This document shows, one piece after another, positions 38,991-52,600 of a DNA stretch of 64,000 nucleotides. Location of the stretch: assembly GCF_964355755.1 (NCBI RefSeq), contig NC_092679.1, positions 17,591,432 through 17,655,431 of the forward strand, read 5' to 3'. Source of the stretch: Antedon mediterranea (Eukaryota; Animalia; Echinodermata). A program made the position numbers and the translations under genes. The notes beneath the pieces were generated by a model. That model had not been told where the DNA came from, made no database searches, and was given only the letters and a program-made list of their open reading frames with translations. Position 1 is the first letter of the stretch. The number at the start of each line of letters is the position of its first letter.

Positions 38991-41900
38991 GACATCAGTT
39001 TCATCTAGCTAAGTCAATTTTTCAGAGTATATTCCCTATGGCCAGGAATCGATGTGGTTATGTTTTCACGGTGCGCAATCAATCATTACGCGGTCTACGC
39101 GCGATTTAACGAAATCACGTTTGTAATCATACCTTCACAAGCATGAATCACAATTAAACAAAATTTGGTACTCATAAATGTCAGGTCATATTTCATCATA
39201 TGGCAATACAATTACGTGCGTAGCGCATATAACTCTTGGGTACGCGCACTTAAAATGTTCAAAATTGTCAAAATTTATTTTCGATGAAATTAGAGTACGT
39301 TTCAGGCGCAGATTTTTGCACGCGCACTGCGCGTTAAACGTTAATGCGCACTCTTTTTGCCCGATTTCTGTTTTACAGTCTTTCTTTAATAATATCATCA
39401 TATTTGATTCACTTTTCAACTCGAAATTGCGTTATACGAGCACGTCAAAAGTGACAGGCTACGCACGTATAAGTTAACAAAATGGTGAAAATATGCTAAA
39501 TTTTTAAATTAATATATATCGTCAGAATGCTGGGGAACACCTATTTTTTATTTCATTTTCTTGAAGTGTATGTATCATATGTATGATTTATTATCAAATT
39601 AAGAGAACGAAAGTTGATTAAGTCTTCATTAATTGCATATTGAATTAAAAAAAAAATAATTTCGACAATCAAACAAATTATGACATTTTCTTAGGCCGAA
39701 ATAACAAACTTAACATTAACTTTCTTTCTTAAGAAGTTCATATATTAAAGTTAAAAGTATATAGTTTGACAGTGCATCATTTTTTTTACATTTTTAAAGA
39801 TGTCATCATAGTAAAAAATTATAATTCATTGCGGTATGTAATAATCTATTTGCACCAAAGTGGTTACTGCATAGTAAATACACGGAGGAATTTTTCTACA
39901 ACTTTTAGTCAGTTGTGTATGGCTCGATGGTCTGTGCTCGTGTCTATGGCATTCAAGGTACCGAGATCGAGTCTCACCTTGGGAAACGAAATAAGATTTT
40001 TTTTATTATCCGTATTGTTTGTTCAAATTTATTTCTTAGTGTATAGATTATACACATGATTTATAATGAAATCTAGATAAAAATTAACTTATGTCTTTAT
40101 TATTATGTAACAACAAATGTGGTTTATGACATTATACGCATATGGATCTTTGATCGCATCGTGATACCGGCTATGGTGTTCGCGTTAGCAAGGTCCTATC
40201 ATATATTATAAATAAATAAAGATTCTGAGAAAATCAATCAATCAATATATCTTTTAAAAATCAATTATCTTTATCTAAATCAATGCATATAACCTATAAT
40301 TCGTCATAGTGACGAATTAAATCTATTTTCAAAATTATTTTTACAAATTTGAAATAAAACATAGTAGGCCTATATACTTCAAATTCAATAGACTTAAAAC
40401 GTAAGTAGGTCTACTATCTCGTTACAATAGTCAGATTTTCATTAATGATAATACTGTAATTAAATTTAATCTTTATTGCACCAAGAATAAGCAAGAGCGA
40501 TACTAGATTAAAATTTTGCATTATTTCGTCAGCTCTGTTAATTCAGGTGTTCTATATAGGCCTATACTAACTAACTATACTTAGTTTGTGATAAACTACA
40601 TGTTTCCTCATATTTTAAAAACTTAAATTTTTATTATATCTCTATTATACATTATTACAATTATTCGTTCTGTTCCCTTTCAAAATTTATAAACTTTTTG
40701 TTGTGTTTTTCTAAATCTAAAATAATAATATTATGCTTTCGACTTAAATTCAACTTATGAATGAATGTACTTACCCTTATTTTTTAAACAGTAACAGTTC
40801 AGAGGAAAACTTCTTCAGAAATGGCGTAAAGCGATTTAGTTATTACAGTTGTTAGACGTTTACTGTTGTGAACATTTAAATAAAATGTATTATATAAAAA
40901 TATTTTCTGGAACTTTCTGCCTAAATATGGAAATGGGCGTTACTACAAACAGAGATCAAAGTTTACGTCTAATTATCATTGTAGTTAAATTTTATCTGAT
41001 GTAAAACAAACATTTTGACATGAATTACTTGGATAACTTTTGACTTAGACCTACATTACTCAAATTTAAAACGTTTCAGGTCATACCAGCTTGACAATAG
41101 AGAAACTTACTTTAAGGTCTTGCGCAATCCAAATTATCTGGGGAGATGAATAAAATCCAACTTTAAATAGGCCATTTTGTAATTTTTGTAAAGTTATTCA
41201 CTTTCGCCGCAAAAAAAAAAAAAATAGCAAAAACATTTTTTTCACAAAGCTAACATTATCTTTTCCCGCGATTTATTTTGTATTTACGACGACAGGATCA
41301 CGTGATTGTGTAATCCTGGATAAAGATGTTAAATAAGCTAAAATAGTAATGATTTTGCTTATATAAAAAAGTGAAAACAAACAGTTAAATTTAACACAAA
41401 AAAAACTTATTTACTTCCATGACAATAGGATTTCTTGACTATTTTATTACTTAATTTAAGCTACAGCTTTCCAAGTAAATATTTATTGACAATAAAGCTA
41501 AGCAGACCAAACAAGATTTTAACGAATATACAAATCGTTTTTATAAGATTAAAAACTGTTAAAAAACTATGAACGTCAAGTTTTTTATGCTGTTTATTTG
41601 TTTAGAAATACAGTGTTTCTTTTTAGTTATTGTATAAGTATCTTAGACATTGTTCATATACTAGATTCGCTAGACCCCCAGCTAGACAATTTATTGTTTT
41701 GCAAGGATAAGGCTGGCCCATCGGTTAAAATATTTGTTTGAGCAGGGAATATTCACTTTTCCCTGGCTTGAGTCCATCACTTGCAATTTGCAATTTATAA
41801 TTTTAAATACATAATTTGTTGTTATTAATTGATACCGGTGTCTGCTTTTGCAAGTTTCTTGTTGAGTCGTTGAGTCTACATGTTTGCTTGGTGTCTAGTC

Positions 41901-42176
41901 TTCACTATTCCGGGCAGAAATAATTGTTTATACAGATAGTCTTTAAGGAACTATTGTCTATGGGCTATGTGCATTATTACGGTAGTAGACCTATTTTTCC
42001 TAACCTTACTGTATATCCAGTAGGTACGTGTATGTACATGGTTGGCACGTTATGATGTTTAGATTGAGAAGATAACCTGAACCATAAAATGAATATTTAT
42101 GTCCCTCCCAACTGATCTTTGGTGTGTGATTTCAGTTGTTCATTGCCCGTACGGTTTAAATTTTTGAGCATTACAG

Positions 42177-42275
42177 TTTTTAGTCGCGTGCAACGCGACT
42201 CTACAGCTCACTAGGTCGGTCGGTCGGTTGGTCGGTCGGTAAACTCAAATTTGAGCACGTGATTGCAGCCATGTA
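42177..42275 (+). repeat. Short HINE/DINE-like repeat with (GGTC)n; reverse copies near 4190-4270, 25220-25320 and 36440-36530
   Basis: tttttagtcgcgtgcaacgcgactctacagctcact followed by ggtcggtcgg. Confidence 0.6.
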
Positions 42276-43236
42276 TTGTTGTTTGACGTTAACCTAACTT
42301 GAACCTAAACCTAACTGGACGCATGTTTATCGAGGAATTGTGATCGGTAGCTTAACTGGAATAATACAACAGGGAAGAGTGAGATTCACATTCCCTGATC
42401 TATTTGAGGGCCTAATTGATCCTTTTTCGGCCGAAGAGTAAGACTATTTGTACAAATCAAAGATTTAGTTAATACTCAGTAAGAAACTACATAAGAAAAA
42501 ACAAATGATATTTACCATTAGAATACTATCTTGTAAGCCGGTTGTCCTGTCAATGTCGAGTTGCGGTGAGATGATTTGAGTTTCGTTGAGTCGACACAGT
42601 TACAGGAAAGGGGGTGAACATTGATATCAATGCAGGATAGATCACTGTCATTTTAATTAAATGACAGGAAAATTGGTTAAAAACCTCATAACAATCTACC
42701 GCAACCTCACATTGACATTGTAGTCAATGAAGACAGGCGTAAATTGCTTACAAATATTCGCTCGACTTATTTTGTTTTGCTTGAGTTATACATTTCAAAG
42801 CGTTGATAATTCATATTCGAAACTTAGTTCCAATATATCTTGAAATGTATATGCCATCCTTTTTTACTGTACACTGTAATTTATATTTCAATAAATTATT
42901 TGTTACACAAATAAAATAATAATAATAAATAGAAATATAACAAATACTGCGGGTATACGCACTTTGTATCACAGTAATGTTAAATACCAGCAATTATGGT
43001 TGTCTAGGTGTAACCTATGTTGAACTTGCCTTTCTGAACTTATTGTTTGATGCTTACCGATGCTTGCTAACCCTTCGTCTTTTTGAAAAAACAATACCAG
43101 AGACGTACACGATATTATTTTCCGTTCGTACTCAAAAAGACCTCTAATTAAAATCATAATTCGTGAGATGGTTGTTTTCTTCAGTGATGATAACTCACAA
43201 CAAACTGTAAAATAATGGTCTGTGAGCTGTAGGTTA

Positions 43237-45054
43237 AGCCTGGTTTCCATTTAAATCGCTACACGCGCAGATCAACTTTGCCGATTTTGTCGGCGATGAA
43301 TCGTATTCGCGTACCAAAGAAAATTTAGCGCTCGCGTACTAGATCCCCGATAAATTCTAGCGTTTCCATAGAATCGCTACGCTCTGTCGTACGTGTAGCG
43401 ATTTTATGGAAACCAGTGGCCGTATTCACCAATCTCACTTAGGCTAAGGGAAATACTTACCCTTAAAATTTAAGAATTCCCTTAACAAAGGGAAACACTT
43501 AAGGTGTATTCACAAATGAGTTAAGGGATTCACTTACCTAAGGAAAAACACTTAATTTAAGGGTAAAACTTAAGGGTAAAAATAATCATAAATATTCATG
43601 AGTTTCCCCATTGTCCAATCACAGAGAGGATTTAATTCCCTTATGGTCCAATCACTTTCCTCTCTAAAACTAATTTGCATATTTAAAAAAAGAGTAAGGG
43701 GTTGGGGGGACGGGGAGGATGGAGAGAAAAGTGTGTGGACGATGATCAATAAAAAGAAAATGGCAGTCAAAACAAAAACAAGTAAATGAATATTATTCCT
43801 AGACTAATTTGTATGAGGATCAAGCAAAATAGGTCTAGCCTAGATGCTAATAACAAACCAACATTCTGTGTAGGCCTAAACCTGTCTGTATTGAGGCATA
43901 TGCATCCGAGGGTGGTTACTGGGCAGACCAACAGGGAGCCTAGCATCTCTACCTAGCCTAGGCCTAGCCTACTACTAGAATGGGGGATAATTTCTATTAA
44001 CAACGAAATGGGAAGCCATCTTTCACGAAAATCCACTCAAAACAAAAAATAAATGAATATATAGGCCTAGATAGACTAATTTGTATAGTGAAGATCAGCA
44101 AAAAAGGTCTAGGCCTACTCAAACCAAACATGAATCCTAGTCTGGTTAGTGGGCACACCAACAGGGGGCCTAGCATCTCTACCTAGCCTAGAGGGGCTAT
44201 CTACAAGTAGGCATAATACTCGCACATACAGAATCGCCAGCACAACCAAGTTACTGAATAGTTTAGAGAACTTTTAAGGGACCTCGAAGGTCCCTTAAAA
44301 GTTAAGGGGAAATAGACCAAGTTAGGGTTTCCCTTAACCTTCAACCCTTTGTGAATACCACTTAAGTGAAACCCTTAATATTTTCTTGATTTAAGGGAAA
44401 TTCTTAGGATTTAAAGTTCCCTTAACTATTCAGACCTTGACGATTCTGTATGTGCTATGCCTACTTGCAGATAGCCACAGTCTAGGCTAGGTAGAGATGC
44501 TAGGCCCCCTATTGGTCTGCCCACTAACCAGCCTAGGATTCATGTTTGGTTTGAGTAGCATTTAGACCTTTTTTGCTGATCCTCACTATACAAATTAGTA
44601 TATGCCTATATATTCATTTATTTTTTTTGTTTTGACTGCCATTATTTTCGTGGAAGATGGCTTCCCATTTCGTTGTAATAGAAATTAGCCCCATTCTCTA
44701 GTAGGCTAGGTAGAGATGCTAGGCCTCTGTTGGTCTTCCCAGTAACCTGCCTAGGGTGCATATGCCCCAATACAGACAGGTTTAGGCCAGCTACACAGAA
44801 TGTTGATTTGTTAGTATATATAAGCTAGACCTATTTTTCTTGATCCACAATTTAGTCTAGGTCTAATAGGCCTATTCATTCACTTGCTTTTGTATTGACT
44901 GCTATTTTCTTTTTATTGATCATCGTCCACACACTTTTCTCTTCATAGGTAAGTGAATCCCTTAACTCATTTGTGAATACCCCTGGAATTCTTAAATTTT
45001 AAGGGTAAGTATTTCCCTTAGCCAAAGTGAGATTGGTGAATACGGCCACAGGCT
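43237..45054. mobile_element. Copy of the 22271-22538 MITE family, split within its right TIR by a foldback element
   Basis: agcctggtttccat at 43237 ... atggaaaccag|insertion|caggct. Confidence 0.7.
43417..45048. mobile_element. 1.6-kb foldback-like non-autonomous DNA transposon with CAG TSD
   Basis: cag|tggccgtattcaccaatctcactt ... aagtgagattggtgaatacggcca|cag, with long diverged inverted arms and no coding capacity seen. Confidence 0.85.
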
Positions 45055-45056
45055 TT

Positions 45057-45574
45057 ATAGTCCAGTAAAATATCACCTTCACCATTGCATAACGTTAGTA
45101 GTCAACGAGATTCTCACCGTAGGTTCTAAACATTATGTAAAGATCATTTATTGATGTTGCGTCGCGTAAAAGTTGGGATTTGTGGAGAAAATGAAGTTTT
45201 TATACGCAGTTTTTGCTTCCTTTCGTCGTGGTTTGTTTTCATCGAAAAATGACGTCATGGGGCATAAGTGAATGACACGCCATTGTCGACATTTGCGTTC
45301 GTATTAAAAAGTGAATTTTAAATGTACGAATATGGTATTAATTATCTGTATTACATTGTATTATTATGTATCACATATATAACAAGTCATTTTGATAAAA
45401 AATAAGTCAAATAAATATGAAAAACAAAGGAAAATTGTGATTGTAATTGTGATCCCAACTTTTACGCGACGCAACATCAATAAATGATCTTTACATAATG
45501 TTTAGAACCTACGGTGAGAATCTCGTTGACTACTAACGTTATGCAATGGTGAAGGTGATATTTTACTGGACTAT
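45057..45574. mobile_element. MITE with near-perfect TIRs of about 120 bp
   Basis: atagtccagtaaaatatcacc...aaagttgggat is mirrored by atcccaacttt...ggtgatattttactggactat. Confidence 0.85.
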
Positions 45575-46933
45575 TAGTACGCTAGCAAAAAAGTAGCACA
45601 AACAACCCAGCATAATATGATGTAACGGTGGAGCATATACAGTGTAATTCAGATGACGTCATTATATAGTTTAGTATAACAACATCCATTAATAGCCTAC
45701 TACGGGTAGTAGGAAATTTCTTTTCTAGACTAAACAGTAATGACGTGCTTTGTACTGTATGTCTACTTTAGGTTCCAACCACGAGCAAACTCTTAATTCG
45801 CAGCGCAAACAAAAGATAAAGTCAAAAGTCAGACAGTAAGAACAAATTTGTTTTGCAAATGAAAGGAAATTGGTTATATTATTATGTGTTGTACTCTAAT
45901 CTACCGTGTAAAAACTTGGAATTTGTGTTGTCTAACTCGGAGTTTGTACAAGTTTGCAAACCACAGTTTGTTAACTAAACGCCGCTTTTGACTGAGTAGG
46001 TGTTCTTTTTAATAAGACGTTCTTATCACTAGTGTTTGAAAGTAGGCTAAATTATTTTACTGTACAGTAAAGATTGTTTTATAGTTTCAGATATAGATTT
46101 ATTTTATCAATGAAAAAACTAAATCGGGTGAGATAAGTTTCACTCAGTGTGTAACACCGATGTGAAATGGCATATTTTTTTTATATATTTTACAACAGCG
46201 CCCTCTTTTTTAAATACATTTTTTTTTTTAATCATTTTTTGCAGTTTTTAAATTTTAATCCTTTATTGTTGTAGGAATGTAGGTATTTATGTCTCTCCAT
46301 AAAATAACAAGATAAATGGTTAAATTTAACCAAAAATCCAAATTTTTTTCAGGTAAATACATTTTTTTTTCGATCCAATTTTTGGTCAAAGTGGATAACT
46401 ATTATGTTACATTAAAATGGAATATTCAACAAAAATTCTTTTAAGAATTATTTTTTCAGGGGGACAATACATCTTTAAAACAAAATAATAGTATAGATAT
46501 AAAATATCTATATCAAGATCTATAATCATCAATCTATAATTACAGTATACGATGCCTACATAATACTAATTTCTCAAAAAGACTTGAGTTATCTAATAAC
46601 ACGAAAGGTAGGCGTAGGCTACCTATAGTATTTACAGGCTTTCATCGTGAGGCACTCGCCGTCATAAACGAATCGTCCTTATATAAAATGTGTGAATTAA
46701 ACTTAATTAATTAATTCATGAACATCATTTTACATTTATGTTCATACGCTGATATGCATATTATTTACATGCTTTATTGTTAGTCTAACTAAGCTTAAGT
46801 TCACTCAGCTGTTACCTAGCTTTTCCTGCATTTAATTAAAGTAGAAAGAATCTCTTACTCTAGCTTAAAGTTTAAACAACTTTATTTGGTAACAAAAACT
46901 AAATTTCCTTGCGTTTAGGAACAAAACGAATAA

Positions 46934-49663
46934 TTATGAAATTAAGATGAAATTGCTTTTAAACTCAACGTTATTTGCCGATGATGTAGCTCTTCCTCCC
47001 TTACCGATTGAAAGGTAGCGACCGCGTCGTTTTCCGTTAGAAGATACTGTCTGTGAGCGTACTTGCTTACCGACTCTGAATTGGGCTAAGGACTGGAACG
47101 TCACAAAGCACGAACGACGGCTGAACTTTTCGCGCCACAAAATATCCGAATTTTCTTTAGAAAGAATATTTTCAGCTGTGTCCTGTAATGTAAATAAAAA
47201 TAAAAAGTTTATTTCAATTTTTAAGATTTGTTTTATGCTTATTGCCGTTCTCAACATTCGACTCATTGTTGCCAAGATATATTTCTTAACCCTTGACACC
47301 AAACTAGTATCATTTTTTTCATTATTTTTTTTTTATCTTATATTAAAAAAATGCAATCAACTTTTAATAAGCCATGTTTGTAATAATGATTTCACTTATT
47401 TATAAAAGAAAAATTATTAATTTTGATATAGTAAAAACAAAACACATATTGGTTAATTTTTGTTTTTTTTTAAATTATAATTTTATCAGCTAAATATTTT
47501 TTTTTTCGATTTACATTTAAACATGGTCTATTTAACAAATAAAGTTTATTTAATTTTTTTCATGGGAACAATTATATTGATATAATAAAAACAAACTATT
47601 TCCATACACACAATGCCTGTCGGTTAATTTTTTTTTAAATTACAATTTTATCATGTAAATATTTTTTTTCGATTTATATTTTTACATTTAAACATGTCAT
47701 TTTCAACAAATACAATTTATTAAATCTTTTATGAAGATTAACACTGAACACTGAGAAATATTTGGCCCTGATAACAATGGTTTTGTTTATTAGAGTACAG
47801 TACATACAGCACTTTATGTTATGTTATGTTATGTTATCTATCTTGTTAGACTTACATTTCTAGCCGACACCTTTCCCGCTTTGGTCATTGATAAATAAAG
47901 ACCTGACTCACTTCCACGAATGATAATTAAACTAGGACTAACAGCAAATGTCGCTACACGTACTATAAAGTAAGAATAATACCTGTAGTATATAAGATAG
48001 ATAATGTTTTCAAACAGTTAATACTGTATTTACAGTAATGGTTTTTGTTTAGTCATGGCCTATAGTTTTCCTTTTAAAACTTATATTTTTAGTTTAGAAT
48101 TATCAAAACAAGAATTATAATAAAGACATATGTTCACGTTCATAATTATGACAAACTGGCACAATGAATTCCAACATTATTATATCAACAAAAAAGAAAG
48201 AGAGAGAAAGGGAACTATAAATAATAGGTACAATATAGGTTAAGCGGAAGTCAAATAACTATTGAGGGAGGTAACATTCTTTATTGGAACCGCCGCCGTT
48301 TATTCGTTAACCTTGACATCATGTGACCTAAGAGAAGCTTGTGATGTACAGGGTAGGCCTAGCTATTTATTATGTGTAAACCATGTACCTGTAGGGCTAA
48401 ATCAATCTGTAGTCCTATAGTATGCCTATACTGTACGTGTCAAAACTGAATTTTACATCGCACATAAGACTATACTAAAAATGCGGCCTTTTTTTAAACT
48501 GATAGATTGTAAAAACAATATTATAAGATAGAGTCTGGTGTGGTGACCACTTAAATTCGTTTATCCGACTGCTTTATTAGTGTTAGGTTTCTTCAAGAAG
48601 TTTAAAGTTGGGTATCATTTTTCTCTTTTATTATTTATTATTTCTAGAAAATGTAACTGTATTTTGTTTTTATTTGAGAAAATAAATTTATTGATTGAAA
48701 AAAAAAGTTTAATTTAATTCACCTTCAAAATTTACCAAATTTATCAAATTTATGATTATTTAATATTTGATTTAATGAAATATTTTCAAGAGAAAAAATC
48801 ATTCTTATTATTACTCTTGATATGACATAAACTCTGTGATGAGTTTGTTTTAATGTGTAATTTCTTCCTGTACATTATTGATAGCAGTCTTAACTCACAA
48901 ATTGGCAGGTACCGGTAGTAAGTAAATTAAACTCTATTACGAATGATGGAAAATACGAACGTAAATTGAGGAGGTTAATTTGCAAATTAACCTATCTATA
49001 AAATATAGAATTTAATCAAAAGGATCACGTGTGTTTACGTAATTTAGTACTATATTAAAGTGAAAAAAAAACTCTATAAAGTCAAATTAAATTACTGTGG
49101 ATTTCAATGGCTGCGTCAAGAGAAATAAGCAAAAAGCTAAATCAAAACGATATCAGGAATAAATTGCAAAGTTCATTATTATTATTAAACCAATGTAGAT
49201 GTTAGTGGCGATTTCAGCGCTGTTAGTTGTGAATTGAATAAAATAAATATACAAAATAAAATAAAAGGAATAATAAAACAACCAATATCTTTCTTTGAAA
49301 CAGAAATAATTGTACTCTTTTTTTTCGTTTTTCCCTTGTTTCTTTCCTCATCATTTTACATGTGAATAATGGAACATTTATACATAATAATGAAAGTAAA
49401 TTTTATAACATAATAGTTTACTTACCATATCTATTGTTACAATCGTCTGTTCCACGTACACGTCCATCTGGTCCAATCCATAGGAAGAAGCCATTTCTTG
49501 ATACTATTTTATTTGCGTTTTCTGTTGAAGCATGAAAGCGTTTTTCATTGTATTCCGTTATCTTCGTGTAAACAGCTGGAATAACTTGCAAACTCACAGA
49601 TAGGTTTAGAAAGGCAAACAGCGAAACCCAAGTAAAATATATTTTCCTTGTCTTGAACAACAT
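46934..49663 (-). CDS. Divergent secreted FGF-family protein, copy B; exons 49663-49426, 47962-47856, 47182-46934 (about 197 aa)
   Basis: KIVSRNGFFLWIGPDGRVRGT; IIRGSESGLYLSMTKAGKVSARN; DILWREKFSRRSCFVTFQSL. Same intron phases and 107-nt exon 2 as copy A. Confidence 0.88.
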
Positions 49664-52600
49664 TCTCAATTAACAATTTTATATCTGAAAATAAAACTAA
49701 TTGCCTTGTTAATTATTTGTTTCTATCTTTCAAAAAAGATAACTACTGAAAATACAAATATCCACGTATTTTGAGAATGAAAAAAAAAGTTTTAAAACGT
49801 TAAAGATGTTTGAGGTAAACCTATTCGCCTGCTTTCACAATGTAATTTGATTCTGAGAGGCGCACAGAAGTTGTTCATCTTGTGACTAGGCCAGTCAGAC
49901 TGAACTATACACTTTTGGGGTTACATATTATCGAATCAATTACATTTATTTTATCTGCCAAATCGTTTCAGGTCGATCCCCCTAGATGTTATTGAAACAT
50001 TCCACGCTCATTGTAGAAAAGTGCAACTTATTTCTTTTTTATTTATGCTAATGACGTCAAACAAATGGTTTTCCAGATTTTAACTACCTCGCATTTAGGT
50101 GTCTTTATATTCAATCAATCTTATAATTTGTTTTCGACCAATTAATTTAAATTTAAATAGAATGTTTTGAGTTTCTTTAGGAATAAAATTCTTCATCAGC
50201 ATAACAAGTCAGTAAAAGTAATGAGCTTTCGACCTTTTCTTTAATGAATATTTTTATCTGTAAATATCACAATCTCATGGGAAAACATATTTGGTAAACA
50301 CGTTTTTTTTTGTAATTTGGAATTTGTGATTTAATTGATTCTGAAAAAGAGGGAGATTTAGATTAAGAATTTGATAGCAGCTACTATCCTTGTGCTTCCA
50401 ACATATTATATGTTTATATTTTTCAATTTATGTTCTTATTTTTAAAATATAAACATTATTATTAGTTATGTTTTTTTTTATTTAGTGTCATAGCTAGAAA
50501 TCAATGGAGAATAAATTAAAGATAAAATAATAATTTCCATGTATATTCTGTACAAATATAAAGATATATTTTTTCTTCAATTAGACAACTATTGCTATTC
50601 ACTTAAACATTGTTTTTAATTATAATTATGTGTTAATCACTAAAAACAAATGGAGAATGACCGAAAGAATGAATTATGTCTGTAGATAAAAAGATGTCAA
50701 TACTTTGCACTTTTAGATAATTAAAGAATACTTAACGAACAAAAGAGAAAACCGGTAAATAAGGATAAAATAATTTAAAATTACAATACAATACTACAGG
50801 ACCCCAACGGAAATAAACCTAGGTAATTGGTTTTTTGGGGCTATCCTGGTCGAAATCAACTTAACTGTTTTATTCTCATGTTCATAACTTTATTCTGCTG
50901 TTCTCTTTTTAACTGAACGCTTTTTAATATTCTTTTGTCTTTTTATAACTTGTTTTTTTTTATGACTTTTTTAAACTATGGTACTGAACGATATTCTGTT
51001 TTAATGCTGTATTTTATGCCATTTTTAAACCATTTTTAAGCCATTTTTTAACCTTCATTTTAGACTTTTGCATTGTTTTTTGATTGTTTATAACATTTTT
51101 CCCTTCTTTTTAATTGTCTCAAGTTTTAACTTTTTGTATTGTAACATTGTTATGTAATCATGTATTGTATGTTGATTTTGACAGAATAAATGAATGAATG
51201 AATGAATGAATACTGTTGTTTTTTTTAGGATAAGTTATGCATGCTTGTAGCAATACAAAACAGATATCTTTAAACAGCATATTTTGAATAAAATAAAACT
51301 ATATTAGAAAACCATTACAAATGTTCAATACGACATATTCATTACACAGGGGACTAGTAAATCCAATTCGAAACGTGTCTTGTTCTTATATGTAAACAAG
51401 CACGTTTAAAACAGATAATTGTTGTGCGTGACTTCAGAATTGAAATGACGTAAATTACTTTATCCTGCGTCAGAACTTTCGTGTACAGATTAATTGTTGC
51501 ACGAACAAATTGGAGATTGGTTCGGGAGGGATGGCTCTGTCTTTTTATAATAATTTAAATCACTATTTTATTCATTATTTTGGCAAAATCGAACAACTGT
51601 AGAATGGCCAAATTAAAAGTTTGATTTTATTCATCTTTGTTTTTCATGTTTAGATGCACAATACATTTTGAAAATAGTTGGATTTTCGTGTTCTGCAGTG
51701 ATATGAGTGTCAGTTTTACTGTTATATCTTCTGGCTAAACATATTGACAGAATTAATAACATTATGAGCATAATGCTGTAGTTAGGCCTATCCATGAAAT
51801 AAGTGTACAGTAGTAGGGTAGTTACATATTATAATATGACAATTTCCTCTAATTTTGTATTTTAAATGAAATAAACGAACTATTCATTTTCAATAAATGT
51901 ATTACATTAATATTATTACAATGTTTGGTATACCAAGTTTGTGAATTAAAATGCAGTAAAATATTAAATGTTTAAATTTGTTTTCTAAAAAAATGAATAC
52001 AATTTTAGTCTTAAAGTTGCTCAATTTTGCCGATAAAAACCCCAAAATTTTGATTTCCCTGATTTAAAAAAAAGACAAAATAAATGGTTACATTTAACAA
52101 GAATTCCATTTTCTTTCCCCCCTTTTTTTCCAGTTTATTTGGTAAATATTTTTTTCGATCCATTTTGAATGAGTATTATTCGACATCAAAATGGTGTATA
52201 GGCGGCCTAAAAAAATACTGTACAATTTTATATTTTTCAGAAAGATTTAAACCTAGAACCAAAATAAAATATTAAGGCTTAAACAGTAAACGTGAGGTTT
52301 TCTATGGATTTTCTATCTCATATTATTCATTTTCCAGTTTAAAAAAAATCAAAAACACGACTGTCTTGATGTGTTGCCAAATATCAAAATAAAATGGCTG
52401 CTGTCGATAGGCTCTCACACTAAAAGTTAGAAACAATGCATTATATTTAAGCGATTAACACATTTTAAACAATTACAAAGGTACAGTATTAAAAATAAGT
52501 AATTTACAGATTAAAACAATTTTTATTTTAGTTAATATAAGTTTCCATTAATCTTTGTTTAATGCATTCTCGCAAACACCGCACTACTTGTTTATCAGCG

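Larger units (their letters stand above)
36547..40328 (+). mobile_element. HINE/DINE-like (Helentron-associated) element hosting a LINE
   Basis: 5' taggttatatgcatt-aatgcatataacc palindrome followed by (TTTA)n. 3' subterminal inverted copy aatgcatataaccta followed by the hairpin aattcgtca-tag-tgacgaatt. Confidence 0.55.
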
